Counted from the whole stretch's first letter, positions 36,544-48,891 are shown. The stretch: 63,975 nucleotides of DNA, filler included, from 9 parts of 9 records of this genome joined end to end with filler, not necessarily neighbours in it; one strand, 5' to 3'. The notes: a model not told the origin generated them from the letters alone. Translations and numbers: made by a program.

Positions 36544-37335
36544 ATGTCCTCGCCAAAGCTGCTGGTGGTGGGCGGCACCGGTATGCTAGGGCTGCGCTGT
36601 GCGCGGGCGGCGCTAGGCCGGGGGCTCAACCAGGTGGTGTCGGCCTCGCGCTCAGGCCAGCCGCACGCGCCCCAGAAGTGGCACCAATCAGTCCAGTGGC
36701 TGCCTTATGGCGCGCGCGACATTCCCGACGAGGTGCTCAGTGGCTGCTCGGGCGTCATCTCCACCCCGGGCGTGATGGTGGACAGCAGCTTCCCGGCCGG
36801 GCTCCGCCAGCTCTACCTGGACGCCAAACCCTGGATGAATCCGGCCGGCCAGCTGTACAAAGAGGTCAACTGCGACCTGCACCTCGACCTCGCCGACCGG
36901 CTCAGCCAGCTCAGCCCCGGATGCGGGTTCGTATATATATCGGCGCACCCGGCCAGCCCGCTCAACCGGAAACTGCCGTTGGTGAGCGAGTATTTTGCCT
37001 CCAAGAGCCAGGCGGAGCAGCGACTGGGCGAGTGCACCGGGCTCAGGATATCAATACTGCGCCCGACGGTCATGTACTCCGACGAGGACAAGCACACGCT
37101 CCCGGCGGCCTCGGTGAGCCGGATCGGTGGTTTGATGGATCAGGCGCTGGCTGCGGCTGGGGTCCCTCAAGGCACGGTGCCACACTTTGTGCCAGGACCA
37201 CCGGTATATGTGGACAAGGTGGCGCAGTGCGCGGTGGAGGCGGCGATCAACCCGGAGGTGAGTGGGGTGCTCGGGCTGGAACAGATAAAACAGCTCGCGG
37301 AGGAGGCGGGGGCGCGGCACACTAATGACGTTTAG
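36544..37335 (+). CDS. Atypical SDR / NAD(P)-binding protein (COQ11/NDUFA9-like), intronless
   Basis: Motifs LLVVGGTGMLG, SRSG, FVYISA, YFASKSQAE and ILRP. Confidence 0.8.
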   Translation: MSSPKLLVVGGTGMLGLRCARAALGRGLNQVVSASRSGQPHAPQKWHQSVQWLPYGARDIPDEVLSGCSGVISTPGVMVDSSFPAGLRQLYLDAKPWMNPAGQLYKEVNCDLHLDLADRLSQLSPGCGFVYISAHPASPLNRKLPLVSEYFASKSQAEQRLGECTGLRISILRPTVMYSDEDKHTLPAASVSRIGGLMDQALAAAGVPQGTVPHFVPGPPVYVDKVAQCAVEAAINPEVSGVLGLEQIKQLAEEAGARHTNDV

Positions 37336-37516
37336 AGCACCTAGATTCACTAGAGCCTATACAACGCCGGATGTTCGAGTAACAATACATTACAATAGTA
37401 ACATGACATTGTACATAGGCTCTAGGTGCTCGGGACGCCGTTAAAACGTCGTAAGTGAGTCAGTATACAGAACCCCTAGTGCGTACAATAAACGCCTTTA
37501 CCATAATTAAAATCAG

Positions 37517-39148
37517 TTAGGCTTGCTTGTCTGAGTCGGGCTGGATCAGTGGCTCCAGTCCGTCCTCGTTGGGCGCATCACCCACCACTCCATGCGCCAC
37601 AACAGTATACACCAAATGCTCCGGCGCCACCGCCTTGTCGCTCCCTTGCTTCATGATATTATCCTCGGCCTCAGACCGCAGGTACCTCTCCTTGGACAGC
37701 CCGACCAGCACCGCGCACAGCACCAGCGTGCACGCGAAGATCGTGCTCGGCACGTCGGTGCTCAGATGCGGACTCACCGCCAGCACGAGCAGCGTAGACA
37801 TGTTCCAAATAAACGTGAGCGCGCCGGCTGAGGTGCCCTCGTTGGCTGGGTAAGTCAACTCCGCCGAGAACTCGTACAAGAACGGCACAAGCGCGCCTTG
37901 GGTCACGCCCTGAAGCAACATGGCCGCTGCCAGCATGGCGGTCGACCTGTCTACGGCTCGGCTGGCAGAGGCAGCGGGGCGACCTTGGCAGGATTCCGTT
38001 AGAAGAGAACGGCGACGGGAGCATCAGCGTGAACCACCACATGGCGCACGCGCAGAGAGCCATTGCAATCTGCCGGCCAGTGAGTCAGGCGGGGAGAGGG
38101 CCCACCAGTATAAACAGCTTGAACCGGCGCCGGAATAGCGCGTCAGAGAGCAGCCCACATCCCACTCCGAAGAACGTGGTAGCCAGGCCTGAGGAGAAAC
38201 CAAGCCAGCCGACAGTATTGTCCGATAGCCCCTGCGGGTGCAGGATGTCCTGCAGCTGCGGGCTCCAGGCCGACTGCACACCGAACATAATCCCGGCGCA
38301 AGCCGCCACAAGCCAAAACGAGACGTTGGACCGAACCAGCCAGAGCCCATCCGTAAAGCCAAGTCCGAGGTTTCCGGACGTGCCCGTCGCACGGTACTCG
38401 GCCGCAGCTGCACTAGGCGGCTGGTCCGGCTGGTCCGGGAAATGGACCAGCGCGCAGGCCAGCGGGACGGCTGCGAAACCGATCTCTACTAGCAGCAGGA
38501 GCGGCATCTGGCTGGCATGTGAGACATTGGGTACGATCCCGGGCCCGAGCAGGAAGCCTATGCAGCTGCCCAGGCCGTTTGCCGTCTGGGCAATGGCGGT
38601 GGCGGTGGTGCGTTGGCTGTCAGGGAACCAGACCACCGACAGCCTGCTGACCGGCCCCATCACGAGCGGGCCCGAGGCCGCGTTGAGGATCTGCCCGACG
38701 TGGAGCAGCCCGATGGCGGCCCAGTGCTGGCGGGCGGCGTGGCTGAGCAGGCAGGGGACGGTCCGGATGCAGCAGCCGGTGAAGGTCAGCCCGGAGGCCA
38801 GCAGCATGGTCCAGCGCAGCCCGCCCGGCTTGGTGAGCAGCCACTGCACCGGCCTCAGCCCGTGCGGCCGGCCGGGGGCACCGAGGCGACGGGCTGGACA
38901 GGCAGGTAGATGATCGGGCCCCAGTTGAGCAGCAAGTCGTGCGTGCCCCGGTCAATTCCGTAGTACTGCGCAGTGATGTCCTGGTCGACGCTCGAAAAGG
39001 TAAACCAAACCAGGCACTGGACGCACGCAATCCAGCTGAACGCGAACAGGATGTACCACCGACGCGGCTCCGGTACGAAGAGTAGCTTCGGGCACTCCTC
39101 GGGAAGCGGCTCATCGTCGTCCACTTTGCCCTCGTCCTCAGCCCGCAT
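37517..39148 (-). CDS. MFS transporter, SLC49 (FLVCR/DIRC2)-like
   Basis: Motifs RRWYIL, WFTFSSV, LLLNWGPI, GQILNA, SVVWFP..RTTATAI and YEFSAELTYP..EG. An N-terminal ExxxLL dileucine motif is present. Confidence 0.85.
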
Positions 39149-39214
39149 TGGCACGTGGCCGCACGTCCGGAACAGGCCGAACCCAACGGAAAGCTGGCGA
39201 GACGTCCAGTCATC

Positions 39215-40766
39215 ATGGTGAGTGCAGCCGGTGTGGCCGGCTGGGCGAGGACGGTGACCGTTGGGAACCTGTCGCTGTTCCGGTTCTGGCTCGCGCACCT
39301 GCTCAGCCCGTTCACCCACCTCCCGAGCGAGCTCTTCGACGAGACTGCCATGGCCGCTCGGCTGTCCAAGCACCGGCCGTTCGAGCTCCAGGCACCCAGA
39401 AGCCAGGTGGACGAATACGAGGCCGGACTGGGACGGCTGTCGGACGAGATCGGACGGTTGTCTACCCGCCCGCAGATCCCGGCGCACACCAAGCAGTGGA
39501 TCTTCTGGGCGATCCGGCTGGCCACTGTGGCCGCCGCCTTTGCGGGCAGCCCCGGGCTGTGCTTTGGGACGAGTTTGGTCCAGTTTGTGTTCCTGCCGCT
39601 CAGCCTGTTCGTGGCGCTGTCGTACGGGGCCGAGACTATCATGGTGCTGTACACCGGGCACATGGTCGTCTTCCCGCTGCTGAGCTGGCTGCTGGCCAGA
39701 TGCCTGCCCGGCTATCTGAATCCAACCATTACGATCTCCCCCGCGTTCCTGGCCGTGTTCCTGCTGGCCGACCAGCTGCTTTGCTGTAAATGCCTCTACA
39801 CCACCCCCAAAGGCGCCACCGTTCAAGTCTCGCCTGCACGGGTTCGTGAATCGGTCTGGTGAGTTGTACTGATACTGCATCGTACTGACCCTCTTGTAGG
39901 TACGGCTTTTTGAATTGCAAGACGTACTACCTTGTGCTGCTACCTCTTGCGTTCGGGCTGGAGGTCCCAGTGCTGGTCTGGCTGCTCGATGCGGGGCTCG
40001 GGCTGTCCAATATGATCAGCAGCCGGGTGTCGGTGCTGGCTCCAGACAGCGGGTACTGATCTCCATTGGACAGGCCTACTGGCAAGTACTGTTCTATCAC
40101 GCGCATCGGATGGGCCACATACCGCGAGTGTACCAGGATGCGCACAAGTTTCACCACCACCTTCATGATACAACCGCATTCGACGCACACATATTCGGAT
40201 CTGGCGCACCCGAGGTCTGGCCCTGCATATGCACACATTGAATCGTGGGGTAGGAATGGCTGATCTTGGTAGCGGATGTCGGCTTGGCATTGAACGGAAT
40301 CATGCCAGCGTCACTGAGTTACCACGGTGAGTGAATGCCTCGTGTAATCTAGTGATCTACTACTTGTATATTATATTAATCTCACGGTGAGCGCGCGGAG
40401 TGCGCGCCTGACTTGTCTGTGCCAGTGCTCGGGGTGAGCTGGTACAATAAATGGGGCTTCCACTCACGGAGCAAGCAGCCTGATTTCCATCCCGACAACT
40501 TCCACGCCGACCACCACTCGCTCCATCAAGTCAACTTTGGCTTCTCCTACCCTTACGAGCTCCTGATGCGCACTGTGCAGCGCAAGTTGCTGGATGGCAC
40601 CGGCACTGCATTTGTTTGGAACGGCTACAGAATCTGCCGCTTACAAGATGAACAGACCGTTACCTTGCAATTCGAGCCGGCTCAGTCCGACAAGCCAGTG
40701 AAGCTCGAGCCGTCTTTAAGAGACTCCTTGAAAGCAAAAGCGTGGTTCACCCATAGTGATGCTTAG
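39215..40766 (+). CDS. Fatty-acid hydroxylase / sterol desaturase superfamily membrane enzyme
   Basis: His boxes HAHRMGH, HKFHH and HADHH...NFG, TM segments, and four introns. Confidence 0.8.
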
Positions 40767-41180
40767 TGCACTCTAGTGCCCTCGCCAGCCGCCAGCAAGC
40801 TACCTTCCTAACCTTCCCACTACCTTCTTCTCTACCAAGCTTCGTACTTCTGGAGCAAGCGACACAGCAGTACACTGCAACTATTGGTACACTACATAGC
40901 TATAATTATGGTCACTAATGACGCTAATGACAATCACCGTGACGGTCGCCATGTTCGAGCCTAACTCGAGTCTTCGATTTAATAGGAAGTAATAGATTAG
41001 TGATAGATACTTTAATTAGAAAGTAATATTAATTACTAGATAGATCAGTTCTAGACTACGAGCACCTTGTATACTACCTCGCTACCTGGTACGTATTATA
41101 GTCTACGTACCTGCACGCCTGCACCCGGTTAGGCTTGGTTAGGTTACGTTACCGGTAGGTCGGATCTCAGAGCGCGGCGC

Positions 41181-41457
41181 ATGGCTGAGGCTGAGGCCAG
41201 GCGAGCTTTTCTGGCCGATGATATCAGCGGAGTCCGGAAGGCCTATAGTGTGGTGTCCTTGCAGAAGCGCGTGCAGGCGTTGTTCGTCGAGGCAGACGAA
41301 TGCGCGGCCCTGTCCACGGGCAATATAGCCCTGTGCTCGGAGGGAGCCTCGGGCATCACCAGCAATGACAACGACCCCTGGCCTAGGGGCAACTGTGCCG
41401 ACCGGCTGCTCGATGGCGCGGATGGCTGGGGGCCGTCACATGGATTGCACGTGGAGG
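41181..41457 (+). CDS. 5' fragment of an unknown gene
   Basis: ATG after an AT-rich intergenic tract; the frame is open to the contig end. Confidence 0.35.
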
Positions 41458-41557
41458 NNNNNNNNNNNNNNNNNNNNNNNNNNNNNNNNNNNNNNNNNNN
41501 NTTAATTAATTAANNNNNNNNNNNNNNNNNNNNNNNNNNNNNNNNNNNNNNNNNNNN
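41458..41557. other. Artificial contig linker
   Basis: N44-TTAATTAATTAA-N44. Confidence 0.98.
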
Positions 41558-43251
41558 GACCTGAACAGCCCGACGCTGGCGGCGCTGCAGGAGGCAATGG
41601 GGGATCAGGACATCTATGGGGTACCACAGGACCTGGAGGCCGACATTCAGGAGGCGCGTGAGCACACGCAGGACCTGCGCGACCAGCTGGCCGCCTGCCT
41701 GGAGCAGCGCGATCAGCTGCTGGCGGAACGGGATGCGATCTTCCCACGGACAGACGAGCAGTTTGAGCAGGCCGTAAGGGACACAGTGGCGCTCACAGTG
41801 CAGGCGAGGCGGTCGGCGGACGGGCGTGATCTGGCGGGGCAGGAGGGTGAGCTGTGCTCGAGCACAAAGGAGAAGATCGAGAAGGAACGGCGGAAGCTGG
41901 CCAAGGTGCTTACTGAGCGTGTGTGTGGGTGAGCGGCGGATAGTTTGCTCCGGATTTGGAGGAGGCGAGCGGTCTGCTGCTGATGGAGAAGGAGATGAAG
42001 AAGTCGGCGGACGAGGTGGCTAAGCGGCTGCGCGAGGAGCAGGCCACAGAGCAGCGCAAGGGCGGCGAGCTGCGTGTGCAGCTCGCGACCATCCGGAGCG
42101 ATAAACAACAGGAGGAGGCCAAACTGCAGCGGTGCGTGGATTCGAGCAGGCTGAGCAAGAAGCAGCTCGTGGCGGCAACTAACGAGTACCACGAGGTGGC
42201 CACCCAGATCAAGGAGCAGGAGAAGACGCTGCTCGAGGTCGAGCGAGTGACCAAGATCACCACAGAGCAGCAAATGCAGATACTGCAGCAAAAGGCGGCC
42301 TGGCAGCCCCAAATTCTGATTGAGCGGTACCGACGGCTGCAGGTGCAAGCGTTGGCCGGCTGGTGGCTGAATGTGTGGCAGGGAAAAAGCGATAGGCAGG
42401 ATGAGGCAATCAGACAGCAGGAGCTCCAAGTCGAAGACCAGCAGATCGCTGGCCGGAGGGTCAAGGCCTGTAACACTGTGCTCTCGGAGGCCTGCCAGGA
42501 AATACACGATAACAGCCAGGAGGTAGCCAAGATGAACATATCGCACCCGGAAGCGCTCGAGCATCTAAGTCGGCTCAACAAGAGGCTCACGAGCGAGCTC
42601 CAGACCAAGCTGCTGGCGATCAAGAAAGAGCACAAGGCGCTCAAGCTGCCCAGTGTCGAACAGAGCCAGGCAGGCGGATCGTGGTTTCAGGGCGACTCAG
42701 GCATGCCGGTAACTGAGTTTATCGATTTGCTGATTGGCGACATCCAGTCGCCGCGCTCGCCTCGGAAACGCGCCAAGGCTGACCTAAACAAGTGGCAAGA
42801 GAAATTTACCGATGACCAGGACGGCCGGATCAACCGGCTGAAGCACGTGTTCAATGTGATGGACTTTGACAACTCTCAGAAGCTCGAACCTGATGAGCTG
42901 CTCATGCTGGGCCAAGCTCGTGGGGTGCCTGGGCGCAAGCAAAACGAGTGGAACGAAAAGAAAAATTCGCGGCTGATCAAGGCCCTCGCCCCTGATGGCG
43001 AGGCTGACGTTGGGCCGGACCAATTCTCGAGATTGTTTGAGCTGCGCAGCTATGCCCGGCTAGCCCGCTAAAGGCCGTTAGGGATATCCTGCGCGTGCTG
43101 CACACCAAGATGCCAACTCAGCTCGCGCGGCTGGCGCAACGATGTGAGTCGTTTAGTAGCCAAAACTGATCACGGATTCGTTTCAGGTGACCCGAAGAAC
43201 GGCATACAGCTAGTCCAAACTGCAAACTTGAATTATTCAAACTTGAACTGA
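41558..43251 (+). CDS. Coiled-coil protein with a C-terminal EF-hand pair; both ends uncertain
   Basis: Long heptad region, then VFNVMDFDNSQKLEPDEL and a degenerate second hand. Confidence 0.6.
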
Positions 43252-43526
43252 TCGACGACTTGACGTGACTGTTTCGATACGCGTTGGTTTCAAAATTATG
43301 AATATACTTAAATGTATGACGAATGAATGCTTGCAACACTACTTCAATTGATTGTTGTCTGTCAGTGTTTGAACAATCTCAGTTAGCCGCAGTCAGCAGC
43401 AGTCTGTCAGCAGGGGATCATGAGCCTGACTGTTCGTTCACCCGTGCGCTTCGGCTCGGTGAGGCGAAAAGCACACGCATGCGGGCAGGGGGGAGCAACG
43501 GCGGCGAGTTCGCGGAGCACAGCGAG

Positions 43527-45085
43527 ATGGCCCAGCTGCACATAGAGACCGAGGTACCCGCCGGCGACCAGCTGCGGGAGTCGTACCTCGACCAGCGGGC
43601 GCGCTCCACCGGCGACACGCTCCGCGAGTCGTTCACAGTCGCCAGCCCGTCGTGCACTGCTGCTGAGAGGAAGCTGCCCGGGTGGACCGCCATCGCGCGC
43701 AGCCACGGGATGGACACGCGGTGCGCTGACATTGACCGGTACTACTTTAGATCACGTGGGCACATGCGGGGCAAAGTGCCGGCCCATCTGCTCAACCTGG
43801 GTGCGAGCATCCTGATCGCCGCCCAGTGCGTGCTGACCCCGGACGCGGTGCTGGGCTGCGTGGCCACCTTCTGCTACACGATGGCGTACTGGCACTTCGG
43901 GCAGCACCTGGCTGTAAATATGAATTGGACGGTCGTATCTCTGGCGGTGATCTTCCCGATCTCCCAGGGGATAGGGATGGGGTTCAAGCGGCGCGAGCAG
44001 GCCCTGGCCGAATTCGGTTTCTTGTTTGGTCAGCTCGGGCGTGGGCTTGGGGCTCACTGGGCGTGCAGGCAACATGCGAGCCGTCTGGGGAGCGGCGCAC
44101 ACATGGACCGTGAAAAATGACGACGGCAGGCACCCCGGGCCGGCCGGGCAGTCGGCTCAGGCGGGCCCAGCTACAGCCGGGTGATCACCAAGCTGAGCGA
44201 TGACGTGAACTTCTCAACGGACCGGATGTCCGAGCTGTTTGAGGAATTCCTTGCTGCGATCATAGCGTACCTCGACCCAGTTAGGGTCAGTTTTAGGCCT
44301 AGGGTCAGGTACCTCGACGTTCCGAGAGGCGGCCGGGCGCATCACGCCTTCGCGTGCGGGCGGGACGAGGCGCGGGACGTTGAGTCGGTCTCGGTGCAGC
44401 AACGACTCAACGTGGACCGGTCTGTGGCCGACGTTGTCTGCGAGTGAGAGCCTGTGCCAGATGCATCGGTCGGATGCGTCGGATGGTCCAAGAAATGAAG
44501 AACTACAACCTGACCGGCGGCGAGGCGCACCGGCTCGACCAGTACCTGTCCAAGATGGGCATCGCGTTCGAGAAGCTCACCTACCTCAAGGAGTACGTCT
44601 CAGGGTGCAGCCGATTCCTGATGAGGACAGTGCAGGTATCGCACCCCGCAGGCGTTCCGAGCGTTTGCACGGATCTACATTCTAATGATTGGTGAGCTGG
44701 CGGCTGCTGGTGGGGCGCACCGGCGGGCAGGCGCGCTGTATGGGCCGTACTATGTGTACTTGGGCAATCTGTGGCTGGCTGTGATCTTTGCGTGCGTGAT
44801 CCAGCTCGTGATGTCGGGGCTGTTCAACGTTATGCTCGGGCTGGAGGATCCGTCCGTTGGCCAGCCGGTGGCGGCTGACCGGATGCGGGCAGGTTTAGCT
44901 GCCGGGACTACCACATCGAGCTTGATTGCATCCGGGTGCCACAGATGGTGGAGATAGCCAGGCAGCAGATGATCTCGATACAGCAAGACGCGACCGAAGA
45001 CTGGTCCGGCTCGGCTGGAGCCAGGGGCGAGCGGCCGGGCAGGGGGGTGAGCAATGGGATGACTATTTGTGACCAGATTGGCTGA
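43527..45085 (+). CDS. Bestrophin-like (UPF0187-type) membrane channel
   Basis: AVIFPISQGIGMGFKRREQAL, spliced LKEYRTPQAFRAF, GPYY and GLFNVMLGLEDPF. An alternative ATG lies at 43479. Confidence 0.7.
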
Positions 45086-45375
45086 TTTGCAACTCGCCGC
45101 ATCCTGCGCGGAGTGCCGAGAGCGTGGTACTGCCGTACGTGTTAATGACACAAGTAATTGATTTAATTGAGTTCCAGTGGGTTAACGAATTCGAAAATAA
45201 ACAGATTAAGTCAGCATCGAAACATAGCGGTGCGAATACTTCTACGCACAAAGCGCGTAGAAACAACCTTGGAAGCGTACGTGTATCCGTACTCGTACGA
45301 AACAACTCAAACAAGGAAGCGAAGACTCCTACACGCACAAGGCGTCCGTTGGTATTTCCCCTCGCCGCTCGACAA

Positions 45376-46097
45376 ATGGATAGGCTGATGGATAGCCGCC
45401 GCGCGCCTGCACCGGAGGCGGCATCGCCAACGCCTGCGGTCTATCAGCCGCAAGTAGGCGCGGGGCCAGTTCGAGCTCGAGGAGCCGGGACGCGAGTATC
45501 GGACGGTCAATCCGGGCGGGGACGCGAGGCTGATGTAGCCCGGACTACCCCGGGCACATCGCACCCGGCGGCGCCTGGCGTAGGCGGCAGATCCTTTGGC
45601 TCGGCGCGGTCTCGGGATATCGGGCGGTGGAGCGCTGGCTTGCTTGCGCTGGCGGCGCTGCTCAGCCTTGGGCTGGCCGCGTCGGCCGAAGCCATCTGCC
45701 CGTGTGCTGGATCGGCCGGAGACTGTACGGCGCTGGCCGATCTGTACGCGGCCACCCGCGGCGCGGGCTGGGCCGACAACACGGGCTGGTGCAACGGCGG
45801 ATCGCCATGCTCGTGGCACGGGGTCACCTCCTGCGGCAGCAGGTCGGCTTGCGCGGATCGCAGCCGGCACACCTGCCCTGGCTACGCCGCTCGGGGGTAC
45901 TGCAGGTGGGCCTGGGTAAAGGCGAGATGCCCGGCGAGCTGTAACTTGTGCTATGTTGCCTCGACACTGTAAGCAACCATTGCACTCGCGTATGAATGAT
46001 GGCCTGGCTGGCAGGGATCTACGGAGAAATGGCCTGAAGGGCAGTCTGCCGAGTAGCATCGCCAGCATGGCTGGGCTGGAGCGGTTGTATTTGTACC
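45376..46097 (+). CDS. Secreted or receptor LRR protein with a ShKT domain inside the N-cap, 3' partial
   Basis: Hydrophobic signal, LRR N-cap DCTALADLYAAT.G..W...GW...PCSWHGVT, ShKT CADR..C..A..GYC...CPASCNLC, then LDLRRNGLKGSLP. Confidence 0.8.
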
Positions 46098-46197
46098 NNN
46101 NNNNNNNNNNNNNNNNNNNNNNNNNNNNNNNNNNNNNNNNNTTAATTAATTAANNNNNNNNNNNNNNNNNNNNNNNNNNNNNNNNNNNNNNNNNNNN
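46098..46197. other. Artificial contig linker
   Basis: N44-TTAATTAATTAA-N44. Confidence 0.98.
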
Positions 46198-46331
46198 AGA
46201 ACTCGATTCTCGGCTCGATTCTCAACTCTTCGCTACAGTCGCGATCGGTGGATCCAGGATCCACTGGCAGGTCGATTCGGATTGCAGGTGTGATGCCGTT
46301 ACATCCCGTCCGGCCACACTCGGGAGCTGAG

Positions 46332-48533
46332 ATGCTGCGTGCTCTGATATTGACACTCGCGCTAGTTGCGGGGAGCCGGGCGGCACGGCTCGGGCTGGAA
46401 GTTCAGCCGGACGGGTCCTTCACGCTGAGTCACGACGGCACCCCGTGGCTGGCTGGCGACGAAGTGCAAGCCATGGGGCTCTCTCGCCAGGCGGGCTCTC
46501 TCGCGCTCACCGAGCCGGTGAGCCGTGGGACCGGCACCGACGCGCTGGGCGCGTACCAGTCTGTGCACATGCTCTGGGGCCGGAACGGCACCGACGGCGC
46601 TCTGATGGCAACGGCCATCCGATCTTACCCTGCCGATCCCTCAGTGCTGGTCTTCGAACAAAGCTTTCCCACCAGCCTCGGGCCGGATCCTGGGGCCGCG
46701 CAGAGAGGTTCCCGGACGGTCTTCCCCGGATTTGCCCGACGGCGCCTGATGGATGATGCGGCGCCGCTCGACTGCTTCAGCTACCATGGCGTGTTCCCGC
46801 AGATGGAGAAGTGCACGCTGGAGGACTACAAGGATTCGCATCAAGGCGGAGCCCCACTGGCGATCTACGACTCGCGCAACGGCTCGCTGCCGATGATGGT
46901 GTTCTCGCCGCTGAATTTCCCCAAGGCGCACCACATGACCAGTTCTAGCTCTTTCTTTGGGGCGGGAATAAAGGGGAGTGTCACTGCCATCCCCGCAGGC
47001 TGGAGCCAGCTGTTTGTGCTCTCGGCCGGTGTGGGGATCAACGACGGGTTCATGGCCTGGGGCGACCATATGCTCAAGTTCACGGGCAAACCGCGGGCCG
47101 ACATGTACAGAGACCAGACGCACTCGACAATTGGGTTCTGGACTGACAATGGCGGCTACTACCACTACGCGACCGGAGACCCCAAGCTGGGGAAGAACTA
47201 CGAAGAGGTGCTGCCCAAAGTCAAGGCGTACCACGACTCAATCCAAGTGCCGTTCGGACACTGGCAGTTTGACTCTTGGTTTTACCCTAAAGATGGTGGT
47301 GTCAACCCTGGAGGAGGAGGCGGTGCTGTGACGAACTGGACAGCGATGCCGTCCGTGTTCCCGGCTGGGATGGCCGCGATCCAGGACAAGCTCAAGCTGC
47401 CGATCGTGATGCACAACAGGCAGTGGAGCGTCACGTCGGATTATATTAAGAACGAGCCTTTCGGATGGTACAAGTCAGCCAAGGCGGCTGTGCCACAAGA
47501 CCCTGTGGCCTTCTTCACCTGGTTCTTCACCCAGCAGCAAGGGTGGGGCTTGAGCATGTACGAGCAGGACTGGATGTGCACCGAGTATGACGAGGTCGAG
47601 GAGCTCCAGACCAACATCAGTCTCGCCGATCTGTGGCTGCAAGGCATGGCAGTCGGAGCTGCCAGCTCCAACAGGACGGTGCAATACTGCATGCCGTATC
47701 CCAATGACGTGCTCGCGGCCTCCAGCCATCACGCGGTGACCAACGCGCGAGCCACAGGCGACTATTTCCACGCGAATGACCAGTGGGCGGTGGGAGGCAC
47801 TTCGTTATTCTACTGGGCAATTGGCGTGCTCCCGTTCAAGGATGGATTCTACTCGAGCACGAACAAGCAAGTAGGTGGCCAGACAGTTGGGCCCGAGACC
47901 GACCCAGACCGGGAGGCGCTGATGGCCACCCTGTCCTGCGCGATGGTTGGACCAATGGATGGGATCTACCTCCTGAACAAGACCAGGGTGATGCAGTCGT
48001 GCAGGCTCGACGGCCGAGTGCTCAAGCCAGACAAGCCGGTCTCGACCACAGACTCGTGCTTCCGGTCTGCCGACCCAACCTGCAAGCGGTACCACACCTA
48101 CAGCGACGTTGCCGGGTTTGGCAGAGTCCACTACTTTTTCAACAACGATGCCGAGCCGATGAGTGCAGCTGATGTCTACCTTGGCGGCGCAGCTGACCAT
48201 CTGGTATACAACTGGTACAGCGGCCAGGTTTCCAAGCTTGAAGCCACTAACTCGGTGGCGGCTGGCTACGAGGGCCACATTTACGCCGTGGCCGCCCCTG
48301 TGGTGAATGGCTGGGCACTGTTTGGTGAGCCTGATAAATACGTCACTGCGTCCTCAACTCGGTTCAGCTCAGTTTCAGCTGCGGCCTCTGATGGCTCGTC
48401 GCTGGCTGCAACGCTGGTTGGGGTTGCTGGAGAAGAGGTGAATGTGTGTGCTGCCCGTGCTGCAGACCTCAAGCTTTTGTGCCATGGTGTCAAATTTGGG
48501 TCCGCAGGCAAGATGACAGTGACGTTCCAATGA
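46332..48533 (+). CDS. Secreted putative glycoside hydrolase (TIM barrel, clan GH-D-like), intronless
   Basis: Signal peptide MLRALILTLALVAGSRA; motifs WTDNGGYY, QFDSWFY, HNRQW, YEQDW, QYCM and ARATGDY. Confidence 0.6.
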   Translation: MLRALILTLALVAGSRAARLGLEVQPDGSFTLSHDGTPWLAGDEVQAMGLSRQAGSLALTEPVSRGTGTDALGAYQSVHMLWGRNGTDGALMATAIRSYPADPSVLVFEQSFPTSLGPDPGAAQRGSRTVFPGFARRRLMDDAAPLDCFSYHGVFPQMEKCTLEDYKDSHQGGAPLAIYDSRNGSLPMMVFSPLNFPKAHHMTSSSSFFGAGIKGSVTAIPAGWSQLFVLSAGVGINDGFMAWGDHMLKFTGKPRADMYRDQTHSTIGFWTDNGGYYHYATGDPKLGKNYEEVLPKVKAYHDSIQVPFGHWQFDSWFYPKDGGVNPGGGGGAVTNWTAMPSVFPAGMAAIQDKLKLPIVMHNRQWSVTSDYIKNEPFGWYKSAKAAVPQDPVAFFTWFFTQQQGWGLSMYEQDWMCTEYDEVEELQTNISLADLWLQGMAVGAASSNRTVQYCMPYPNDVLAASSHHAVTNARATGDYFHANDQWAVGGTSLFYWAIGVLPFKDGFYSSTNKQVGGQTVGPETDPDREALMATLSCAMVGPMDGIYLLNKTRVMQSCRLDGRVLKPDKPVSTTDSCFRSADPTCKRYHTYSDVAGFGRVHYFFNNDAEPMSAADVYLGGAADHLVYNWYSGQVSKLEATNSVAAGYEGHIYAVAAPVVNGWALFGEPDKYVTASSTRFSSVSAAASDGSSLAATLVGVAGEEVNVCAARAADLKLLCHGVKFGSAGKMTVTFQ

Positions 48534-48891
48534 TCTTCACGAGTTCAAACAAGATGAAAGTTCATGTAAACATGATTGCTATACATTGTTGGTGCGAGTG
48601 AGCCACTCTGTTCCCGTACTCAAACCAGAGGTCTGATGCGCTCAGTAACTGTTAGCGCAATTTAGTAGCAATTTAGGGCGTTCATGATCATAATAATTAC
48701 AAGTATTATGCTCGACCAGACTCGTGCTTACTCAGACAAGTTTACTAATCGGTGTTCGAATTTAAGTAAACTTAGGCTTGCCTTGGGTTTAGACATCAAA
48801 TCAGCTCATAAAGCTCGCTTGCTCTTAGCTTGCTCTGACAGCCGCTATGAATTTCAGACGCGTTTATTGATACGTTTTTAATACGTTTTAT

